A stretch of 64,000 nucleotides of DNA from Porphyridium purpureum. Its lineage: Eukaryota. The stretch is taken from positions 434,001 to 498,000 of the forward strand of contig VRMN01000002.1 in the NCBI GenBank assembly GCA_008690995.1, given 5' to 3'. Numbering within the stretch: position 1 is the first letter of the stretch; each line of letters begins with the position of its first letter. Below are positions 37,671 to 49,791 of this stretch, piece after piece. The notes under the pieces are model-generated. The model searched no databases. It was given only the letters and a program-made list of their open reading frames with translations, and was not told the origin of the DNA. The position numbers were made by a program, and so were the translations under genes.

Positions 37671-40622
37671 TCACCGCACAAAATTCCAGCAGTCGGCGTC
37701 CAGATTAAAGTCGATGTGTGGCGAGTAGTTGAGCACCAAGCTCCATGTGTACGCCAAGAGAAATGACGATGCAGAAGGTTTTTCCTCCTCGAAGTAGAAA
37801 ATCGTCGGTTGCACAATCATGTCACCGTAGATGAGGTCCGATAAGAGCTGTGACGACCCTTTCTTTTCGCGCGCACATGCGCTGTCGACGGCGCGAACGC
37901 GCGCATCACTCGCTAGCGACTCCCATGCTCTGGTGCCGCATTGCGTCTCAATTCGGTTCAGAAGCTGGGTAAGGCGCGCCGCGCTGGCGCGGAAGTTAAC
38001 CGAGCCGCACCGGTTCCGCACCGTCATGATGCTTATGCCCCCGTCAACATCAAACAGACATTCGCGCTGGTCCATCAGAGCGCACAGCAAATGTCGCGTG
38101 TTGGGGTTCCTTGAGCGAAAAACCAAGTCCGTAATGGAGAGAAACATGACTTCAAGCAAAGCCCCAACGCTTCGCAGCTCCTGTGAGAAATGATGCGATG
38201 TCGGATATCGCGCCTGTGAATACACCCGATCCCCATCCACTCGGTTGCTGTCGAGCACGCTCTGCTCGACATATGACACCGACATAAAGGACAGGGCGCC
38301 AACAAGTGATCGTGAGAGTTCCGGGCCCCATGAGTGCATCCGTGAGCAAATATTTGAAATGATTGCCGAGCACAGCTTCACAACATACTGATCAGATGCG
38401 AATCGGCGTATGCTCTGGCAGGCTGACAGGACCACAACTTCTGTCAAGCGACACTGGTCCGTCTCGCTCTCACCATTTTTATGAAGTGGAGACAATTCAA
38501 TCTGCCACAGCTCATCAAGCTCTGATGCATTCACTGCACAGCGATCAAATTCATCCACCAACTTCGGAACTTCAGTCAAAAGGACGAGAAGGACATGGCT
38601 TATGTACGTGCTTGCAGCCAAAGGATCTTCTAGTTCATGATTACGCGAGTCATGATTGCGACCGCCCGAACGACAAGCAGCTGATGCGCCTCGCTGACTC
38701 TGCTGCTGCTGCCGCTGGGGAACACTTTGCATTTGACTGGACGAAAGCGTCAAATCGGCATCTCGAGCATGAAGAGCTGAAAGGTCCTGTTCTGTCAAAG
38801 AACCAGACACACAAGTCAGTAGACGAACACACGGTAGAACGATCTTCTCCGCAACATCTCGTCCATTCAGGGGATTGAGCACTTGAGCTCGGAAGCTCGA
38901 GTTCCGCACAAATAACGTGTAAAACAGCATAGCACCTCTTTCATCCATCCACAAATACTCCTCGCACGTTTCCAGTGCGGTTAGAAATCGGTGTTCATGC
39001 ATGGGCCGCGCGGTGGACGAGCCAAAACCGCCGCGAAACCTTAGCTCTTCCAGCATTGTACTACATGTTGAGTGCTCCTTTTCTCCTTGTGTGCACAAAA
39101 GCAGCAGAAGTAGGGCCTGATCGCGTAGATGATCCAGCAGACCATGAAGGGAGTCGCGCACGTGCCTAGCCGATGGAGATGACGAATCTGCTGGGGTCCA
39201 ACGCCCCGGAGTTCCGCTTGCACTGCTGCGGCTTGCCCTACTCAAGGTCGGGATATCGGTACGAGCCGCCTGCGTGGCGTTTCCCTGATCACCGAAAAGA
39301 GGTTTGCCGAAGAGCAGTCTATCTCGCAAGGCTTGATATCCAAATACTGAAAACAAGCTCGAGCCCCCTTCTTGCTCGAGCTGCTGCTGGCGCTGCTTTT
39401 CATGAAGCGCCAAAATGTATTTTGGAGGTGAGTTCAGAACCACGACATCTGGAGAATAGACTGCCGGGTCCAAGCAAATCTCAGGAACAGCAGCCTTCGA
39501 TTCTGCGTTTGCAGCAGGACAGAAAAGGTCCCGGCCAATGAGAAGCCGGGTTAAAGTATCCAGTAGTTGTTTCTGGACTCTCGGATTTTCGGAAAACAGC
39601 TGCTCAGCAAAAACTGGAGTGGTTACATCACCGAGCGTTTCATTGAAGCTCGCACTCGTGCTCATCGCAAGCATGACAAGCATCAAGTCAAGGATACTAC
39701 CGGTAATGTATCCGAGTTCTCGAACCGGAAATGGGCCGACTGATGCTGAACCAGTCTTGTCCTGGGCCAAAACTGTCACGTCCTTCTGGAAGGTACGAAT
39801 AAGCGCACACAGAGTCTCTACGCAACTTTGCAATAAACACTTTGCAAGCCAGCGACCGAACAGAATCGTCTTTTGGCGCTTGTCCTCATGGTTTTCCTCA
39901 TCGAATAAGAACGACGAGCCTAAAACAGCGTACATACAATTAGAATCAAGTTTCGAATGACCCAGCAAAGATGAAAAGTGCAAGCGAAGCAGTACGATCA
40001 GGGCATGCATCTGTGCGAGGTCGGGCGTGGTAGATGCAGTCTGTGCATTTTGTGGACGCTGTTGATGCCGTCGCCGGTGCCGCTGCTGACGACTTTGTTG
40101 ATTTTCATCGTGCTCTTGCTCATACTTGCCCATCGTAACGCCCTGCAAATCTAGCCAGATCAGCTTTAGACGAGCCGCCACCACTCGCGTCAGAACGGAC
40201 ACCCGCTGCGCACGCGAGCCGAGAGGATCCGCCGCCGCGGAGCGGACAAGGGTACGGGCAACCTGCATTTGCTCTTCTCGCTGTTGTGATTGCTGCTCAC
40301 TACCCGCGCTGTGGTTGGTGCCTGCCACATTGTTTGACAGCTCGTAAGGAACGCCCAACACACCGGGACTTTCTTGGCTTGTGCTGGACGAACCAGTACC
40401 GACATGCCTGAGCAACAATCCCACTTCTTCTCCTAGCTGATCAAAGTACGCTTCGTCGCCAACCCGAAGGAACCTGGATCGCTCTGATCCAGAGCCGCCG
40501 TCGCCGTCCGAAAACAGAAAGTTTTCCAGGGCAGACGACCGAAGAAGACCCGCGCGTCTGCCAGCGACCACCCCTGCCTCGATGGCATTGGCACTAGAAT
40601 CTCGAGATGCCGTGCCTCCCAT
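37671..40622 (-). CDS. DYM: Dymeclin-like protein
   Basis: N-myristoylation-type start MGGTAS; 'MLFYTLFVRNSSFR'; C-terminal 'FYFEEEKPSASSFLLAYTWSLV' matches the dymeclin/HID1 end motif. Confidence 0.75.
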   Translation of the reverse strand: MGGTASRDSSANAIEAGVVAGRRAGLLRSSALENFLFSDGDGGSGSERSRFLRVGDEAYFDQLGEEVGLLLRHVGTGSSSTSQESPGVLGVPYELSNNVAGTNHSAGSEQQSQQREEQMQVARTLVRSAAADPLGSRAQRVSVLTRVVAARLKLIWLDLQGVTMGKYEQEHDENQQSRQQRHRRRHQQRPQNAQTASTTPDLAQMHALIVLLRLHFSSLLGHSKLDSNCMYAVLGSSFLFDEENHEDKRQKTILFGRWLAKCLLQSCVETLCALIRTFQKDVTVLAQDKTGSASVGPFPVRELGYITGSILDLMLVMLAMSTSASFNETLGDVTTPVFAEQLFSENPRVQKQLLDTLTRLLIGRDLFCPAANAESKAAVPEICLDPAVYSPDVVVLNSPPKYILALHEKQRQQQLEQEGGSSLFSVFGYQALRDRLLFGKPLFGDQGNATQAARTDIPTLSRASRSSASGTPGRWTPADSSSPSARHVRDSLHGLLDHLRDQALLLLLLCTQGEKEHSTCSTMLEELRFRGGFGSSTARPMHEHRFLTALETCEEYLWMDERGAMLFYTLFVRNSSFRAQVLNPLNGRDVAEKIVLPCVRLLTCVSGSLTEQDLSALHARDADLTLSSSQMQSVPQRQQQQSQRGASAACRSGGRNHDSRNHELEDPLAASTYISHVLLVLLTEVPKLVDEFDRCAVNASELDELWQIELSPLHKNGESETDQCRLTEVVVLSACQSIRRFASDQYVVKLCSAIISNICSRMHSWGPELSRSLVGALSFMSVSYVEQSVLDSNRVDGDRVYSQARYPTSHHFSQELRSVGALLEVMFLSITDLVFRSRNPNTRHLLCALMDQRECLFDVDGGISIMTVRNRCGSVNFRASAARLTQLLNRIETQCGTRAWESLASDARVRAVDSACAREKKGSSQLLSDLIYGDMIVQPTIFYFEEEKPSASSFLLAYTWSLVLNYSPHIDFNLDADCWNFVR

Positions 40623-41634
40623 CTCTACAACGCGTTGCTTGTTGATATTTCCGGCCTCGTGCAAACTGGTGTCGCGCTGATGGACAAACTGCGGAATGCT
40701 TTTCGTTCCGCGCAGGACGCGCGACCGGGAGTGGCTGGCCTGGGCGAAACGTTTCGGGTGGTTGATGAAAGCCTTTGGCAGAGGCAAGCGATGCAGGCAC
40801 GCGCTTGAGACCGCCAAGTGCAAGTCAATGGGCGCCTGCTCACCAAGCTGACCCGTACTTGTGAGCCCAGAGGTTTCCAGTCGTTGTCTCTATAATCTTC
40901 TGAGTTTGCAACTGGCAGCTGGATGCTGGGTTGGAAATGGTTTCCAGATCCAACAAGCCTGGGACCTGCAGAACCGGAGCGAAGGAGTATGTGATTCTCT
41001 CCCGCATATGACAAGGCGAACGGGTCGCGCAAGATAAATGTAGCTGCGATGCCAATAAAAAGGGTGGACCCGATCAATTCGTCTCTAAGAACTTCAGAGT
41101 CATCATACATACATGCCCTTAGAGATCACGACGGAGAGGTGCGCGTGCAGGCTAAATTTTACAGCATAGGATACCGAGTTTGTGACAGCGCAGATAGGGT
41201 GAACGCACAAAGAACTCCATCCCTTTCTGACGCATTATCGCATTCAAGTCCCAGACACAAAATCCCTGATGCTCAATCACGATGCATCGCGGAACAGTGG
41301 CTTTGAATCATCCGGCACACGCTCGTAAGGTATTTTCTTCGGAGGAGCCACCGCCACAGACTTTCTCGCGCGTGTCTGGTGCTCGTGGGACGGTAGTTTG
41401 CTTGAGCCGCCCTGTAAGGTCCGCGGCGGCGACGCGTCCTCATCGCGTGCCGGGGTCTGCGGCTCGCGCGATATGCGCCACGCCGCTCTTTCCCGGAGCC
41501 TTTTCTGCGTGCTCGTCGGGCGTTCACGACGCTGCGCTGAAAACATATCTGCAAGCGTTCCAAGCTCTTCCATGATGCTTCTCACTTCCACATCTCCGCA
41601 TCTTGTTCGAATTTCGGTTCTCTTCAAACCTACG

Positions 41635-41636
<2 letters not shown>

Positions 41637-41669
<33 letters not shown>
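41637..41669. repeat. (GT)n microsatellite
   Basis: About 16 GT units. Confidence 0.95.
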
Positions 41670-41672
<3 letters not shown>

Positions 41673-41714
41673 CGTGTTTCTTGTCAAGATCTTCTCCCAT
41701 TGTCCCGGTGCAGG

Positions 41715-42674
41715 ATGGTATGCTTCGTCTTTTACCCCGGCGCCGCGTCAGCCCAGTTGAGCACGCGATGCCCGAGGCATGCTTCTGAGTTTGTCTGCCT
41801 TTCGTCGGGAGGATCCAAGGCGTTGCGTGGCCGTGCTCCACCAACGCTGCCAAGACCACATCCATCGCGTCACGGCGCGAAAGTGCGTATCTCAGCGGCC
41901 AAGGCGGATGCTGAGGTGAGGCCACCTGGAAGCGTGGGTCGCACGGTAAAAGATATGAAAGAGGCTATCCAGGCAGCACTCTCGTCTAGGCTGAGTCGTG
42001 TCGATATCCAGCTCCCGCCCGGAACCAGCTTTGGGTTGGAAGCCAATGCGTCTGGCGCGGCCTTATACGCAAGCGAGTCGCTCTCGAGTGAGGAGCGGAG
42101 CTCGCGGGAATGTGCGCGTCTAGTGCTGGAAATGTTTGCAGGAACAGAATTGAACACCGCGGTTATTTTCAATGATGCGAGCGCAACCACGGCCGCGCGT
42201 GCCATGTGGCTCGAGCACGGTGATGCTACGCTGCTGGACGCAAAGGCGCTCGCAAAGCGCTCCAAATCCCCCGAAAAGCCACTGGATGTGATGATTTGCG
42301 TGGCTCCGCGCATCAGGGCACTGATGCAGATTAAATCGGCTTCTGAGGAAGCTGGAGACAGGATGGCCGTCATTCTGATCAATGCGCGCCTGGAGTCAAT
42401 CCGATGGCCGAATGCGCCCCTGGCGGAGTTCTTTCTGGGCGGCTTTGAAAACGTGCTGCTCTATGATGTATTGGAAGACGATGGCAGCGGGAAGCTGTCA
42501 CTATATCGAAAGTTTCCAGCAAAATTCACCTTGTGCCGGAAAGAAGGTCTAGGCGCTCCAAAAGTCGTGCACTCGTGGGACAGGCGACCCGAGGCCGCAG
42601 AATTACAAACTGTCGTTCGAAACCTTCCGGCTCCGGCGAAGGGCTTGTTCAGCGGACTCCCCAAGCTCTTTTGA
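41715..42674 (+). CDS. Plastid DUF1995 (LPA3-like) protein
   Basis: Transit-like start MVCFV; 'AIQAAL...RVDIQLP', 'VILINARL', 'LYRKFPAKF', 'WDRRP'. Confidence 0.8.
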   Translation: MVCFVFYPGAASAQLSTRCPRHASEFVCLSSGGSKALRGRAPPTLPRPHPSRHGAKVRISAAKADAEVRPPGSVGRTVKDMKEAIQAALSSRLSRVDIQLPPGTSFGLEANASGAALYASESLSSEERSSRECARLVLEMFAGTELNTAVIFNDASATTAARAMWLEHGDATLLDAKALAKRSKSPEKPLDVMICVAPRIRALMQIKSASEEAGDRMAVILINARLESIRWPNAPLAEFFLGGFENVLLYDVLEDDGSGKLSLYRKFPAKFTLCRKEGLGAPKVVHSWDRRPEAAELQTVVRNLPAPAKGLFSGLPKLF

Positions 42675-42874
42675 CGGGCCCGTTCCAACACCCGCATCGC
42701 TCGATTCGCCGACGCGCCGTGAACCGTGAACCGTTCTGACCATGTAGGAAAGCGCCGAAGCCGAACCGTTTGTGGACTGTCAGACACGAGCGGGCGCGGA
42801 CATGGTCTCTGCCGTGTCTACGTTGGCGTTTGGCCGGCAGAAGCGCACAACGTTTCTAAAATGCATCACTTGCG

Positions 42875-43732
42875 TCAGGCAGCCGGAGTCGGGGAGGCTT
42901 GGGATCCAGCGCCCACAGCTGGTCCGCTCTGCGGCTGCTGCGTTTGCTGATCTTGCTGGAACCCAAGCAGAATGAGCCAGCCAATGCTGAAGAAAAAGAG
43001 CACAACAGGGTATAATGCCAGTCCCAGCTTCCCCGGTGGGATCTCTGCATCTGATAGAAAGCCACCGGCGGCCAGAATAGACCACAGTATTGAGAACGCC
43101 ACCACGGAAAACCTTAGCACGACAGCGAGCGACCGAGTGAGAAAGTGGTTGAAGATAAGGCACAAGGACGAGCTGATCAGCAGAGGAAAGACGCAGTAGC
43201 CTAGCAAGCACACAGTTTGAAAGAATGAAATTCGAGCACCCAGTAATTGAGCATTCATCGTGACAATTGCAGATCCGACCCAAACAATCAAGAAGACAAT
43301 GGAAAACACCACACTGGCTGCGTCGGTCGCTTGCACGCTCAGAATGACGGCCAGACTCATGCAGATAAACAGCGGTCCCCAAAGCTCCCAGTCGCGCAAC
43401 TCTGCGCGCAGCTGGACACACGAATCGCATACAGAAAAGAGAAACAAACGAAACATTCCTCGCTTTGTCAGCCCAACATGATCCATCTCATGTTCTCCAG
43501 GGTGGTGGTCGTGCCAAGGCCTAAGCTTCTACTCCGAGAAGCAACCAAGCTAATCACGAAGCGTGCGATTCACGCAGCAACACTGAAGCAACACAAAGCG
43601 GGCAAAACGTACGGAGCTCAGACCCGGAAGAAAAACAAGGCCCATTCGCCTCGCGACAAGGGCAATGTCGCGAAAGACTGACGCTGCCACGCTCTCGTCA
43701 ATTGTGAAGTCCCCGTCGGCGCTTGGCTCCAT
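42875..43732 (-). CDS. Yip1-domain Golgi protein (YIPF6/Yip4-like); intron 43412-43612
   Basis: 'TIDESV...RDI', 'LRDWELWGPL', 'VTMNAQLLGARISFFQTVCLLGYCVFPL', 'LALYPVVLFF'; GTACGT..GCTGAC..CAG intron joins in frame. An upstream exon is possible. Confidence 0.9.
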
Positions 43733-43940
43733 CGCCTCGAAAGATGGAAGACCCTGAGAGGCGTTTACTTTCACTTGAACCCACTTTCCTTTGATCTACT
43801 TCTACGAAACAGTAAGCGGCAAAAAATAATTTGAGGACTGGCGACTGCAAGACACGATATTGAAGTTGCCGGTGCGCATTTCTAGAGAGAGTCGAAGGAT
43901 CAGAATAAAGCAGGGCTCTAATTCGTACAGAACGAAACTG

Positions 43941-45074
43941 TTAGTGCGCACTTTTTTTCTGCGCGCCCGTAATCTTTCCCCACCAAACCCAATTCAGAGA
44001 TCCAATCACCGTGTTTCCAAATCGAAGCGCAAACGATCCCGCTGTTTCCACCAGTGGATGGGCGCTGTGGAACAGGCGCGGGAATACGTGCATCTCGATA
44101 CCGCTCACAAGCTGATACCTTGTGTTGCTCGAGAGGCCGAGGAACAAGCCGTACATGGCCGCGGTATAAGCAATTTTGGCACCTGCCTTGCCGGCCGCCG
44201 CCGTGACAGGCGCTGCCGGATGATTTCGTTTGCTGACTTTCGAGTTCACAAGGGTCACAAACTGAGACAGAGCGGTTCCTATAGCCGCACAGCAAACACC
44301 CACCACAAATAGTTGCACCGATTTGAACGCGTACGTCGACACGCGCTGACCCATCGTGTATGGAAGTTCTGTTTGAAATACGGAGGATGGCAGCGTCTTG
44401 CCGTACTCAAGCGCTTTTTGAATAAAGCCCGCCGAGGCCTGTTTTGATGATGATAATTGCACGGCGGGTGCCGGAAAGTACGTGAGCCCGAAATCGGCTA
44501 ACAGCGCCATGACCACGTTGGCGCCGACAAAGTCCAGCTCATTCCAAAACGCTTCACCTCGACCCTTGGATTCAGCCACGAGCTTGCCGACCAGGCCGAT
44601 TGCCTGCTCAATGATGATCTTGTTCAAGAAAAGGCCGTCGGCGAGAAAGCGAGCACGCATCGCGTCACCACCCAAACGGACGAAAAACTTGGATGCCGGG
44701 TTCATCTGGAGCCAGAGATCGTTGCGCACGACAACAGATGGCAACTGCCCTTGCTCGTACGCGTGCTTGACGTCCGGCGACACGTCGTCCCAACCCTTCC
44801 CAGACTCCCGGAAGAATTTGTTCAGATTGAACTCGTTCTCTTTATCATCGCCGCCTTCGCCGCCGCCGCCGCCGTGATCCCCTCCGCATCCGCACCCTCC
44901 TCCCGGAACATCACCCCCACCGACGCTCGTCGCCGCCTGACGCAGAATCTTTGCGCGAGCGCGCCTCGACACGGTGCGATACGCAAGACGTGCGCGCGTG
45001 TTGACGTCGCGGCGCGCTTGCGTCACGCGGATCGCACTTGCGCCGGAGCCCACATTCAGGCCAAACGCCGGCAT
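43941..45074 (-). CDS. RETICULATA-related (DUF3411) plastid envelope protein
   Basis: Transit peptide, Gly-rich linker, 'RARFLADGLFL.K', 'AE...RGEAFWNELDF', 'FLGLSSNTRYQLVSGIE', 'RFGNTVIGS..WV'. Confidence 0.92.
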   Translation of the reverse strand: MPAFGLNVGSGASAIRVTQARRDVNTRARLAYRTVSRRARAKILRQAATSVGGGDVPGGGCGCGGDHGGGGGEGGDDKENEFNLNKFFRESGKGWDDVSPDVKHAYEQGQLPSVVVRNDLWLQMNPASKFFVRLGGDAMRARFLADGLFLNKIIIEQAIGLVGKLVAESKGRGEAFWNELDFVGANVVMALLADFGLTYFPAPAVQLSSSKQASAGFIQKALEYGKTLPSSVFQTELPYTMGQRVSTYAFKSVQLFVVGVCCAAIGTALSQFVTLVNSKVSKRNHPAAPVTAAAGKAGAKIAYTAAMYGLFLGLSSNTRYQLVSGIEMHVFPRLFHSAHPLVETAGSFALRFGNTVIGSLNWVWWGKITGAQKKSAH

Positions 45075-45855
45075 TGCCGCTTCATGACCACCACGGCGCT
45101 CCATCCCACCCATCAACGTCCACAACCAACCCGTCCGTCGTCGCGCCCACCACCGCCTTCTCTTCCCGCTGAACAAGCATCACGCGCCTCTCGCCCAACC
45201 GCTCGCAACCGCTCTCGCCGTGTGGGTGTTCAGTTTGTTTCTCATGACGCACCACCCAACTGAACACAGAATGGCACTGCAATGGCGCATTCTTACATGC
45301 CCTGCATGAAAAACGAGCCATTTTATTATGGAGTGCGATCGACGCCCTAATCGGCGAACGGCTTAACGGCTACCCGGGAACCGATAAATCGTTTTGCCGC
45401 AGAAGGATGGGGGGTCTGCGCGCCGTGATGCGACTGTCGGTCCGGCAGGCCAAGGCGCCGCGCGCAGCAGTGCATTTATACGAAGCTGAATACGAGCTGC
45501 GCCTGCAGGCTCGACGTCGAGCGTGCGGGTCACTGCGGTTGTCGCTGTGGACGGAACGGAACGGGAGTGCGCAATGGAAAACGCGGCACGTTGTTTCGCA
45601 CCATGTGGAACGGTTCGCGGTTTGCGTTGGCACGGCGCGAGCATTCTGAACCGCTTCGACACGGCACGATCAGCAGCGTGAATTTGAATGATTTGTGAGA
45701 GAAATACGGGGGGGGAGCCGCTGTACTTCGGGTACAGTTACTATTCTGTTGGATTTTCAGATTTTGTGCGCGCGGCAGTGGCGTGGTGGCGGTCGTGCAG
45801 GTGGGATGTGCGAGATGGAGAGCGAGATGGGTAGCAAGTTTCGTGCAAGCGCGGC

Positions 45856-45879
45856 ACACATACACACACACACACACAC

Positions 45880-45929
<50 letters not shown>

Positions 45930-46018
45930 GTGAGTCGCCTGGCATGTGAGCGTGCTGGCGTTGCAGAGCATGTGTGTCGGCCAGTCAAAGGCAATCGCGG
46001 CGTGACTGTGGACAGAAG

Positions 46019-46050
<32 letters not shown>

Positions 46051-46056
46051 CAGAGA
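45856..46056. repeat. Compound (CA)n/(GA)n microsatellites
   Basis: CA then GA runs at 45856-45923; second GA run at 46019-46056. Confidence 0.9.
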
Positions 46057-46151
46057 GGGACGTACGTGGTTCAAAGGCGTGAATGACGACGACGTAAAAC
46101 GACTCGGAGGCTGAAGGCAAGTGAGCTGCCGTGCGTGAAGGGGTCACAAGT

Positions 46152-47522
46152 ATGAGTGGAGTCGCGGCGAGCGCGTCGCGCGCGGTGATGCGCGGCGTCG
46201 GGGCAGCAGGGGGATCGTGGCTGCTCCGCGGAGCGGCAGTGGCGGGAATGCACGCAGTGCGTACGGTACTCTATCATCGCCGCGGTGTGCGCACGATGTC
46301 GCGCACGCTCCCGGCCGCGCTCGCAGGTACGCTCAAGGTGCGCATTCCCACCAGCGTCAAGCTGGACGTCTATCCTCAGACGTCCGAGGCGTGGGATCAC
46401 TGCGACGTGTTCGTGGATGTCGAAGGTGACGGCGTCACCGAGGAGCATGCGAGTGCTATCAGCACGCAGTTTGGTCTGCAAATTATACACGACACGAGGC
46501 GCAATGCGCTGCGTCTGGAAACGGCAGCGACGAGAGACGTGCCGAGCTCGCCGCACTGGTTTGGTGCACACGGCACCAGGCTGATGGACCTCATTCACCT
46601 ACGCGGTCCATCGAGCTTGTTCAAGACTGCGGCACGTGCACCGGTCAGGCTGACGGCGTACGTACCGAGCAACTTTAATATTGACATAGAGACCTTTGGT
46701 GGCTCGGTACATCTGCACGACACGTTCGAGGGTAAGGAAACCATCGTCTTTTCGACTGGCGCCGACGTGTACGTGGATCATTTGAACTGCACGTATATTG
46801 CGATGGAGACGCGAACGGGAGCAATTCACGCGCAGAGTCTGAACGGGAACACACTGCTGCGTTCGCGTGAAGGGTCTGTGGCAGTAATGAGGCTCCAGGG
46901 AAACACTACACGTTGCCATGTGGACAGTGGCGCCATCGACATTTCGTCCCTGTATTCCCAGTATTCTTTCCTACGATCGGTGCACGGTGACATCAGCATT
47001 GGCACAGCTATGGGCGATACCAGTGTGCGCACTGGCAAGGGCCAGATTACAATTTTGGGCCAGTCCGGGCGTCTGGATGCCGAATCGTCTGCTGGTGATA
47101 TTGCCCTGCAGTTGTCGGAGCCAGGCGACGTCTATGTGCGATGCTACGAGGGCAGTGTCAAAATGGGGCTCACGCCGAGCCTGACTGCGGACCTCGACTT
47201 GGAAGGCGATGTCATCGACATTGATCAGAACTTCCAGTTTCATTCCCATCTCCGCACGCGAGATCACACACTGATGGGTATCTTGACAGGCTCGCGCACA
47301 GCACCGCCGCGTAAGCTGGACTGGAAGTCCAACATCTTTGTGCGCTGCCCGCGCGGCAAAGTGCGCGTGTATCCGCAGGTGTGGGGCATGCTGATGGCAT
47401 CCAAGCAGCACGAAGAAGCGATCCAGGACATAACAACGAGGCGCACGGAGGTCGCCGGCCGACGCGATCGTTCGCGCGCCGTTGAGGAGGCAACGAAACT
47501 TCACGAGCAGCAGGAGTCATGA
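46152..47522 (+). CDS. DUF4097/FAM185A-like beta-solenoid protein, mitochondrial-type presequence
   Basis: Repeated units of the form 'T/S-x-x-G-x-I/V' (IETFGGSVHL, METRTGAIHA, LRSREGSVAV, LRSVHGDISI, AESSAGDIAL). Confidence 0.8.
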   Translation: MSGVAASASRAVMRGVGAAGGSWLLRGAAVAGMHAVRTVLYHRRGVRTMSRTLPAALAGTLKVRIPTSVKLDVYPQTSEAWDHCDVFVDVEGDGVTEEHASAISTQFGLQIIHDTRRNALRLETAATRDVPSSPHWFGAHGTRLMDLIHLRGPSSLFKTAARAPVRLTAYVPSNFNIDIETFGGSVHLHDTFEGKETIVFSTGADVYVDHLNCTYIAMETRTGAIHAQSLNGNTLLRSREGSVAVMRLQGNTTRCHVDSGAIDISSLYSQYSFLRSVHGDISIGTAMGDTSVRTGKGQITILGQSGRLDAESSAGDIALQLSEPGDVYVRCYEGSVKMGLTPSLTADLDLEGDVIDIDQNFQFHSHLRTRDHTLMGILTGSRTAPPRKLDWKSNIFVRCPRGKVRVYPQVWGMLMASKQHEEAIQDITTRRTEVAGRRDRSRAVEEATKLHEQQES

Positions 47523-49118
47523 AACGCAAGGTGACGGCGTTACGCGCCGCACTGTACTCCCACTATTTTTTCGAACATTAAGCATATCTTCGATGAGCAT
47601 GTGATATCACATAGACTCCCATGGACGCCTTTTCGACCCAATCGCCCGGCAATGGAAGGCTCCAGTTTCTTTCAATAAGCCCCACCTACGACGCAACGAC
47701 GGCCAAGTCTTTCGCCGTTCGTTCAGGACCGAACCAGAGCATACCGCTGTCGCTGCTCTGCATTTCATACCACGCAGACAGGACACAAACCACTGCCACC
47801 ATTACGGCTTCAGATACCTGCTGACCACTTTCAAACCGCCATGAATCGTCTGCCCAAGCTGTGGACGACATGCATAGTGCCGGTCATGCACGGCAGCACA
47901 AAGCTGTGCTCCTGCACCACTCGGCTCCCCATGCAAGACTGCTCGCGTGTACACTGAGCTCCAGGTACAGTGGGCGTTGCCGACCGGAACACCGGATTTG
48001 TTTCCAAGGTTGGGTTGACGTCCTCGATGAAACCGTGGACTCGTGACAACAAAGGTGTGAAGAACTGCGACGTAAATGCTTGCGCAAAGCAAGGTCCGGC
48101 GCCGACGCCGATACCGACGCCTGTACTTGCAGCGATGGAAAGTGCCACGCCGGCGCTGATGCCGACAATCGCTCAGCTGTCAAGGCGAGACTTCTCGTGT
48201 GCCGCAGCAAAGTCCTCCGCACGCATTCCTTGTTTGCCGCACGTGAAGACTGTGTGAATTTCTTCGATCGTGATTTCCTCATCCATGCCGAAGCCAAGAA
48301 CATATCGAGTTCAAGATCTCGGTCAAAGCCGTGAATCTCGAGTTCGGGAAGCAGGGACTCTCCAGAGTTATATGTTGACCTTTTGGAGCGCCGCTATTTT
48401 TGAGACCTTTTCCAGAGTGAGCAGCAACATGCAATTCGAGCATTGAAGTCTATGACACTACAACGCGAATATTTCTTATTCTTACCCATCCCACCATCGC
48501 CCAGGAAGCTTGGCTCTGTCTACGCGTTTTGTGTGCTGGTTCTGCCACACTGGGGTAGCGGGGCAGCGAAGGAGGGCGCCACATTGGATATCTTCCACGT
48601 GCAGAGCAGACGCATTCAGGCGTTCTGGAATTGGGTAGATGGCATCCACAACCGCGCTTGAGGTGATGGTCCGTGGCGTGTCTGCGATGCGTATCACGCG
48701 CGGCGCCGCGGGCGCCGCACGCTAGATCCGTCTCCAGCGTATAGGTAATGGCGGCCCGGCAAACTGTTCCGTGGTGACTGGGGTTTATTGAGAGCATCGG
48801 AGCGTTGTATTTTCGGCTCTCTTTGGTCGATAACGGTTTGCGCAGAGGCGCGCGTCATTGCTCATACCGGTCCAAGCGGTTAACTCTTTTTTTAACGTGA
48901 AAAAATAGCCACCGGTTTAACGCTCCGCTGCGTTTCTAGTCGCAAAACCGCGCAACGCGTTGGTACGTGGACAAGGAGAAGCGTTGTGTGCCTGTGGGAG
49001 CGAGAAGGTTTGTGAGCCAGAGAGAGTCTGAAGAGAGAGGAACTGCAGGAGCGGCTGTGTCTCGCACGCACCTTTCCCCCTGCGCACGCCCCGCCTTTGC
49101 CGCCGCGTCTCCTCCAGC

Positions 49119-49791
49119 ATGAGCAAGAACAAGATTGTGAACCGCGAGGGCGGGTACTTGGTCGCCGTGATCGGCGACGAGGACACCGTGACGGGCTTCC
49201 TCATGGCGGGCGTCGGGAAGAAGGACGCAAAGCAGTCAAACTACTTTGTCGTCAGCTCCAAAGAAACCCCCTTGCAGGCGATTGAGGAGGCGTTCATAGG
49301 ATTCACGAATCGCGACGATATCGCCATCATTCTCATCAACCAATTCGTACGTTTGAATCTTTTTCATCTTGTCCGTCAGCTCCGTTCGGGGCAGCTTGTT
49401 TTCCGCACGCCTTGTACTTCTCACCACCGCAGTGCGGAAGCGCTTTGCACGCGAGAAGCTTGAAACCTCATACCGGTTTCTTGCCAAACCGCTGTCGCGT
49501 CGGCGGTCCTCCCTTTCCTGATTGTGTTAGGTGCGTGAAAGTTGGAGTGGTTGTTTTCTAACACAAAACTGTCCTGTTCTTCGCGGGATCGTACCCTCTT
49601 GCGCGTTTTTCGGTGTTTTCACTCCTTTACTTGCGCAAGTGCAGATCGCAAACCAAATACGCCATGTCGTGAACAACTTCCAAAAGCCCGTGCCTGCCAT
49701 TCTCGAGATTCCGAGCAAGGAGCATCCATATCAGCCTTCAAAGGACTCGATTTTGCAACGCGTCAGGAACATGCTAGGTAACACCGACTAA
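49119..49791 (+). CDS. VMA7: V-ATPase subunit F; intron 49347-49644
   Basis: 'AVIGDEDTVTGFLMAGVG', 'DIAIILINQF|IANQIR', 'PAILEIPSKEHPY..SKDSIL'; GTACGT..CTAAC..CAG intron. Confidence 0.97.

Noticed and set aside
40625..41687. Short minus-strand ORFs between dymeclin and DUF1995
   Set aside because: Could be a small spliced gene, but no convincing splice model or homology was found.
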